Source: an uncultured delta proteobacterium
Lineage (GTDB): Bacteria; Myxococcota_A; UBA9160; UBA4427
Length of the DNA: 64,000 nucleotides
Direction of reading: 5' to 3'
Assembly: GCA_963822965.1 (NCBI GenBank)
Contig: CAWGJT010000013.1
Span: 128,001-192,000 of the forward strand
This document shows positions 59,719 through 64,000 of the stretch, one piece after another (positions within the stretch are counted from its first letter, which is position 1; every line of letters starts with the position of its first letter). A program made the position numbers and the translations under genes. The notes under the pieces are model-generated. The model saw only the letters and a list, made by a program, of their open reading frames with translations. It ran no database searches and was not told where the DNA came from.

Positions 59719-62253
59719 CTATTCGGGGCCGGGTTTGGCGTCCAGAGGCAGATCGATCACGAAGCTCGTGCCCTCGCCCGGCTCGGAGAGCACCTGGATG
59801 CGACCGCCGTGGCGCTCGATGATGCCGTGGGAGAGCGAGAGCCCGAGTCCCGTTCCCTTGCCCACGGGCTTGGTGGTGAAGAACGGGTCGAAGATGCGGC
59901 TCTGCACGTCCGCCGGGATGCCCGGACCATCGTCGTGGAAATCGAGTCGCACGCCCTGGCCGCTGCGCCGGGTCCGGATCATGATCGTGCCGCCGCCCTC
60001 GACGGCGTCGCACGCGTTCATCAACAGGTTCAGGAAGACCTGGTTGAGCTGCCCGGGGTAGCACCGCACCCGCGGCAGGTCACCGTAGTCCCGCTTGACG
60101 TCGATGCCGCCCTTGAGGCGCGGCTCCATCAGCGCCAGGGTCCGGTCGATCTCCTCGTGCAGATCGACTTCCTGCAGCTCGGCCTGGTCCATGCGCGAGA
60201 ACGTGCGCAGATCCATCACGATCTGCTTGACGCGGTCGGTCCCCTCCCGGCTCCGGGCGAGCAGCTTGTTGATGGCCTCCCGGATCTGCTCGGTGTCCTC
60301 GCCGCGCTCGCGGGCCGCCTCGAGCTTGACGATGAACTCGTCGAGCAACTTGAGGTTCGCGTGGACGAACCCGATCGGATTGTTGAGCTCGTGGGCCACG
60401 CCGGCGACCAGCTGGCCGAGGGACTTGAGCTTCTCGGCCTGCATCAGCTGGTCCTGGGTCTCGCGAAGCTCCCGCGTCCGCTCCTCGACGCGCGCTTCGA
60501 GGGTCTCGTTGAGCTGCGCGATCTCGTCGAAGGCCTTCGCGTTCTCGATGGCGATGGCGCTGTTGTTCGCCAGGGTTCGCAGGAGCTGGCGCTCGTCCGC
60601 CCCGAGGCGTTCGCCGGAGAGCTTGCGGCCCACGGCGACCACCCCCAGCAGGTCGACGCCGTAGAGGATCGGAACCAGCAGCTCCACCTCCAGGGTGTCG
60701 AAGACGTCCCAGCAGGCCTCGCGCTTCTCGGGATCGACCTCGTCGTCGAAGTCCGAGCGTGCCAGCTCCTCGCGGCGCATCCAGAGCTGCTTCCAGATCG
60801 GATGATCCGACGAGATCGTGGCGCGCGGGTCGCGCCCGTCCCATTCGCCGCGCCAGGCCACGGGTGCCAGCACCTTCTCGCTCTCGTCCATGATGAGCAC
60901 CATGGCGCTCTCCGCGCCGAGGGTGTCGGTGACGGCGACCAGGATGCGGTCGCTGATCTCGCGCTGGGAGAGCATCGAGACCATCGCCTCGGAGATCTCG
61001 CGCAACGCCGATCGATAGCGTGAGCGGTCGCGATCGAAGAAGGTGTCGACGAGCCGCTGCATGCGATCGCGCAGGGGATAGACCGCCAGGATCGCCAGGA
61101 AGAGGAAGGCCACCTGCACGGCCCGCTCGTCGACGCCGATCTGCGGGAAGACCGCGTCCGCGAAGGTGATCACGAAGGCGTAGAGACCGGTGATGGCGAG
61201 GCTCACCGCGCCGTAGGCCGCCGAGGACTTCGCGATGATGCGGAAGTCGAAGAGCTGGCGGCGCACCATGCCGTAGCCCACGGTGGCGGGAAAGAAGACC
61301 ACCCACATCATGGCCAGGTACCACGGCAGCGAGAGCTGCAGGAAGTACTCGACGAGCAGGATCACGAGGATGGGGAGCAGGCTCACGATGCCCGCGACGA
61401 GCATCAGATCCGCGCGATCGCCGAAGCCCGCGTCGTGCGCCCGGCGGCGCTCGGTGACGAGCACGCCCAACGAGACCAGCGAGAGCAGCACGCCGTAGAG
61501 GAATGCGCCTCCCTGCATCCAGGCCACCGGCAGCCCCATCATCTCGTCGACGAAGAGGCTCGTCGAGATGGCGAGCGCCGCCGCATAGGGGAGAGCCCGG
61601 ATACGCCGGTGGCGCACGATCCAGCGCGGCTCGATGGGATAGGTGGTGAAGAGATGGAACGTCGCCGCCCCGAGCCAGGGCATGTTCGCGAGGATCAGCG
61701 CCGCCGACCACGGCACCAGGTGCACGCGGATCGCGGTCGCGATCATCACGGACATCGTGGCGCAGAAGATCATCATCGCCCAGGTCTCAGCCGCCGTCGG
61801 ACGGTTCCACCAGACCACCATGCCGATGGCGAGATAGGAGATGCTGACGAAGAGCAGGCCCATGTGGATGAGCGTGTCGACGGGCCGCTCGGTGAACTCC
61901 CGGGGCGCGGGGGTGAGCGAGACGTCGCGAATCTCGCCGTTCCGCTGCTGGATGCGATAGACGTTCGGGCGCCCCGCCACCAGCCGCCCCTCGGTGCTAC
62001 GGAGCATCACGGTGACGGGCTGGCCGTCGATCGAGAGCAGCCGGTCCCCCTCGCGCACCCCGGCCGCCACGGCCTCGTCGGTCGCCGCCTCGACCATCGC
62101 GGCCGCCCCGACGAACGAGCAGTTCATGGGGAGGGTCAGGGTGCTGCGCGGCGCGAAGAGCGCGCTCACCGACATGCCGATCGCCAGCAGCGCCCAACCG
62201 ACCGCGAGCAGGCCCGTGAGCCGTCGAAAGCGGCGGGTGGTGACAGGATTCAT
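59719..62253 (-). CDS. Membrane sensor histidine kinase (PDZ-like, multi-TM, GAF, HisKA, HATPase)
   Basis: GVREGDRLLSIDG, AHELNNP, QVFLNLLMNA, DDGPG, FFTTK, GTGLGL. Confidence 0.94.
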   Translation of the reverse strand: MNPVTTRRFRRLTGLLAVGWALLAIGMSVSALFAPRSTLTLPMNCSFVGAAAMVEAATDEAVAAGVREGDRLLSIDGQPVTVMLRSTEGRLVAGRPNVYRIQQRNGEIRDVSLTPAPREFTERPVDTLIHMGLLFVSISYLAIGMVVWWNRPTAAETWAMMIFCATMSVMIATAIRVHLVPWSAALILANMPWLGAATFHLFTTYPIEPRWIVRHRRIRALPYAAALAISTSLFVDEMMGLPVAWMQGGAFLYGVLLSLVSLGVLVTERRRAHDAGFGDRADLMLVAGIVSLLPILVILLVEYFLQLSLPWYLAMMWVVFFPATVGYGMVRRQLFDFRIIAKSSAAYGAVSLAITGLYAFVITFADAVFPQIGVDERAVQVAFLFLAILAVYPLRDRMQRLVDTFFDRDRSRYRSALREISEAMVSMLSQREISDRILVAVTDTLGAESAMVLIMDESEKVLAPVAWRGEWDGRDPRATISSDHPIWKQLWMRREELARSDFDDEVDPEKREACWDVFDTLEVELLVPILYGVDLLGVVAVGRKLSGERLGADERQLLRTLANNSAIAIENAKAFDEIAQLNETLEARVEERTRELRETQDQLMQAEKLKSLGQLVAGVAHELNNPIGFVHANLKLLDEFIVKLEAARERGEDTEQIREAINKLLARSREGTDRVKQIVMDLRTFSRMDQAELQEVDLHEEIDRTLALMEPRLKGGIDVKRDYGDLPRVRCYPGQLNQVFLNLLMNACDAVEGGGTIMIRTRRSGQGVRLDFHDDGPGIPADVQSRIFDPFFTTKPVGKGTGLGLSLSHGIIERHGGRIQVLSEPGEGTSFVIDLPLDAKPGPE

Positions 62254-62421
62254 GACCGTCTCGGCTCCCCGGGAATGAGGGAGGCTCGGGCGCGCGGCCA
62301 CAGCATCGCACAGGAGGACCCTGGGGAGCCAAGCGCATCCCCGCGAGGAGAGGGCTCTCGCGGCGAGGCGGCGGCCCCCTCACGCGCCCGGCCGGCCGGC
62401 GTGGCCGGCGACGAGCACCGG

Positions 62422-62829
62422 TCAGGGCAGCTTGGTGGGTCGGTAGTTGTAGCCGTGTCCGTTGAGGACGATGCCCTGCTCGCCGGGCGGCTCACCCGGC
62501 GGGTGCTCGGCGGCCGCTCGACGAGCGACCTCCTGGAGCATCCGCCGGGTCTGGTACTCGATGACCGCGTCGCTCAGGGGAACCGGCGCGGCGGGATCGC
62601 TGCAGCTCGGCGCCGGCTTCTCGGCCACGGCTGCCGGCATCGCTGCGGCGACGGCCGGGGTGCCGGTCAGGGCGGGATCCACCGACATCGCGGCGGCCTC
62701 GTCGGCCCGGGCGATCTGCACGCCGGGCGAGGTCAGGGCGAGCGTCAGGACGAGGGCGGCGAATCCCAGCACGTCGCGCAGGAAGCCGTCGGCTGCTCGC
62801 TCGTGCGAAGGCGCGGGGTTGGAACGCAT
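62422..62829 (-). CDS. Hypothetical secreted protein
   Basis: GGAGG RBS; hydrophobic signal-like segment; C-terminal VLNGHGYNY. Confidence 0.6.
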   Translation of the reverse strand: MRSNPAPSHERAADGFLRDVLGFAALVLTLALTSPGVQIARADEAAAMSVDPALTGTPAVAAAMPAAVAEKPAPSCSDPAAPVPLSDAVIEYQTRRMLQEVARRAAAEHPPGEPPGEQGIVLNGHGYNYRPTKLP

Positions 62830-63054
62830 GGGGCGGCCTCCGTGATACTCTGCCCGCTCGGGAGCAGGCCCGAGCGCTTTCGTCCTGCTTGCAGAATCGG
62901 CCACCCGGCCAGCGAACTTGAGCGGGGGCTGCGGTGACTCGATGAGCGGCAGCCCTTCCCCGAGAGATCGGCGGCAGATCCGCGGAAGGGAAGCGGCAGG
63001 TAGACGAGATCGGCAGGCGATCGGCAGGCAGGCGGCAGCGACGAGGAGGACTGC

Positions 63055-64000
63055 GTGCGACTCGTGACCTTCGAAGTCCACGATCCCGACGGCGACATGC
63101 CCGCCGAGCACCACACCTTCGCGGACGAGGTGATGGGCCGCGAAGCCCTCGACATCGGATGGCACGGACGGCATCGCCTGGGCGCGCTCCTCGGCGACCG
63201 ACCCCGGGGCGTCCAGGTCATCGACCTGAATCGGGCCCTCGCCGTCAAGCTCGCCTTCGAGGACGTGGGCGCACCCGAGGTCGAGGCGGACTCCCTGCTG
63301 CCCCCCACCATGATCGGCTTTCTGGAGCACGGCGAGGACGCGCTGCGGCTCGCGCGCCAGTGCGTCGAGTTCGTGCGCGGCGCGCTGGCGCGCTACGACG
63401 CTCCCGACCTGGAACGCGCCGGCGTCGTCATCCCGCTGTCGCAGGTGAGCCTGCGCGCGCCGGTCACGCGGCCGGGCAAGATCATCGGCGTCGCGCGCAA
63501 CTATGCGGCCCACGCCGCCGAGCAGGGGCAGCAGGAGCCGCCCAAGGAGCCGGTGCTCTTCATCAAGGCGAGCTCGTCGGTGGTCGGGCCGGACGAGGAC
63601 ATCCTGGCTCCCCGGGCGAGCCGGCAGGTGGACTACGAGGGCGAGCTCGGCGTGGTGATCGGGCGGCGCGTGCGCCACGTCGCGAGCGACGGCGCCCTCG
63701 CCTGCGTGGCCGGCTACCTGCCCGCCAACGACGTGACGGCACGCGACTTCCAGAACGTCCGGGGCCAGCACTTCCTCGGGAAGTCGTGCGACACCTTCGC
63801 GCCCATGGGCCCGGCGCTCGTCACCGCCGACGAAGTTCCCGATCCCCAGGCGCTGGCGATCCACACCCACGTGAACGGCGAGCAGAGGCAGTCAGGAACG
63901 ACCGGCGAGATGATCTTCCCGGTCGCCGAGCTGATCGCGTTCGCCTCGCGGCTGATGACCCTGGAGCCGGGGGACGTGATCCTCACGGGCACGCCTTCGG
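63055..64000 (+). CDS. Fumarylacetoacetate hydrolase-family protein (truncated by window end)
   Basis: GTG with AGGAGG RBS; KIIGVARNY, LFIK, DYEGELGVVIG, NDVTARD, GKSCDTFAPMGP, GDVILTGTP. Confidence 0.93.
   Translation, partial: MRLVTFEVHDPDGDMPAEHHTFADEVMGREALDIGWHGRHRLGALLGDRPRGVQVIDLNRALAVKLAFEDVGAPEVEADSLLPPTMIGFLEHGEDALRLARQCVEFVRGALARYDAPDLERAGVVIPLSQVSLRAPVTRPGKIIGVARNYAAHAAEQGQQEPPKEPVLFIKASSSVVGPDEDILAPRASRQVDYEGELGVVIGRRVRHVASDGALACVAGYLPANDVTARDFQNVRGQHFLGKSCDTFAPMGPALVTADEVPDPQALAIHTHVNGEQRQSGTTGEMIFPVAELIAFASRLMTLEPGDVILTGTPS

Overview
Very GC-rich bacterial chromosomal segment with about 55 densely packed genes. The gene repertoire (DUF6178, tandem PilZ, PEP-CTERM, HpnN/HpnM, F420-type LLM enzymes) suggests a Myxococcota/deltaproteobacterium-like organism; this is inference only. 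Most genes are housekeeping or metabolic: thiolase, NifU, RlmD-type methyltransferase, a moaD-aor-moeA-moeA operon, NadE, aconitase, peptidases, hydrolases, two cold-shock proteins and signalling proteins. I found no CRISPR array, tRNA, rRNA, prophage or intact transposase. Main observations: (1) a ~510-nt, promoter-driven, multi-domain structured non-coding RNA candidate (22348->21839, minus strand) upstream of the AOR operon; (2) a Bd0055-like bacterial histone with a Lys-rich N-terminal tail, a good sigma70 promoter and a hairpin-rich downstream region; (3) two ~160-bp MITE-like elements with different terminal repeats but a shared structured core, each abutting a -10 box; (4) a probable serine palmitoyltransferase next to an HpnN/HpnM/MlaA lipid-export module; (5) about 16 apparently leaderless genes; (6) several tandem repeats, including duplications of stop-codon ends at convergent junctions. 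All calls are from reading the sequence by eye; no searches or folding programs were run.
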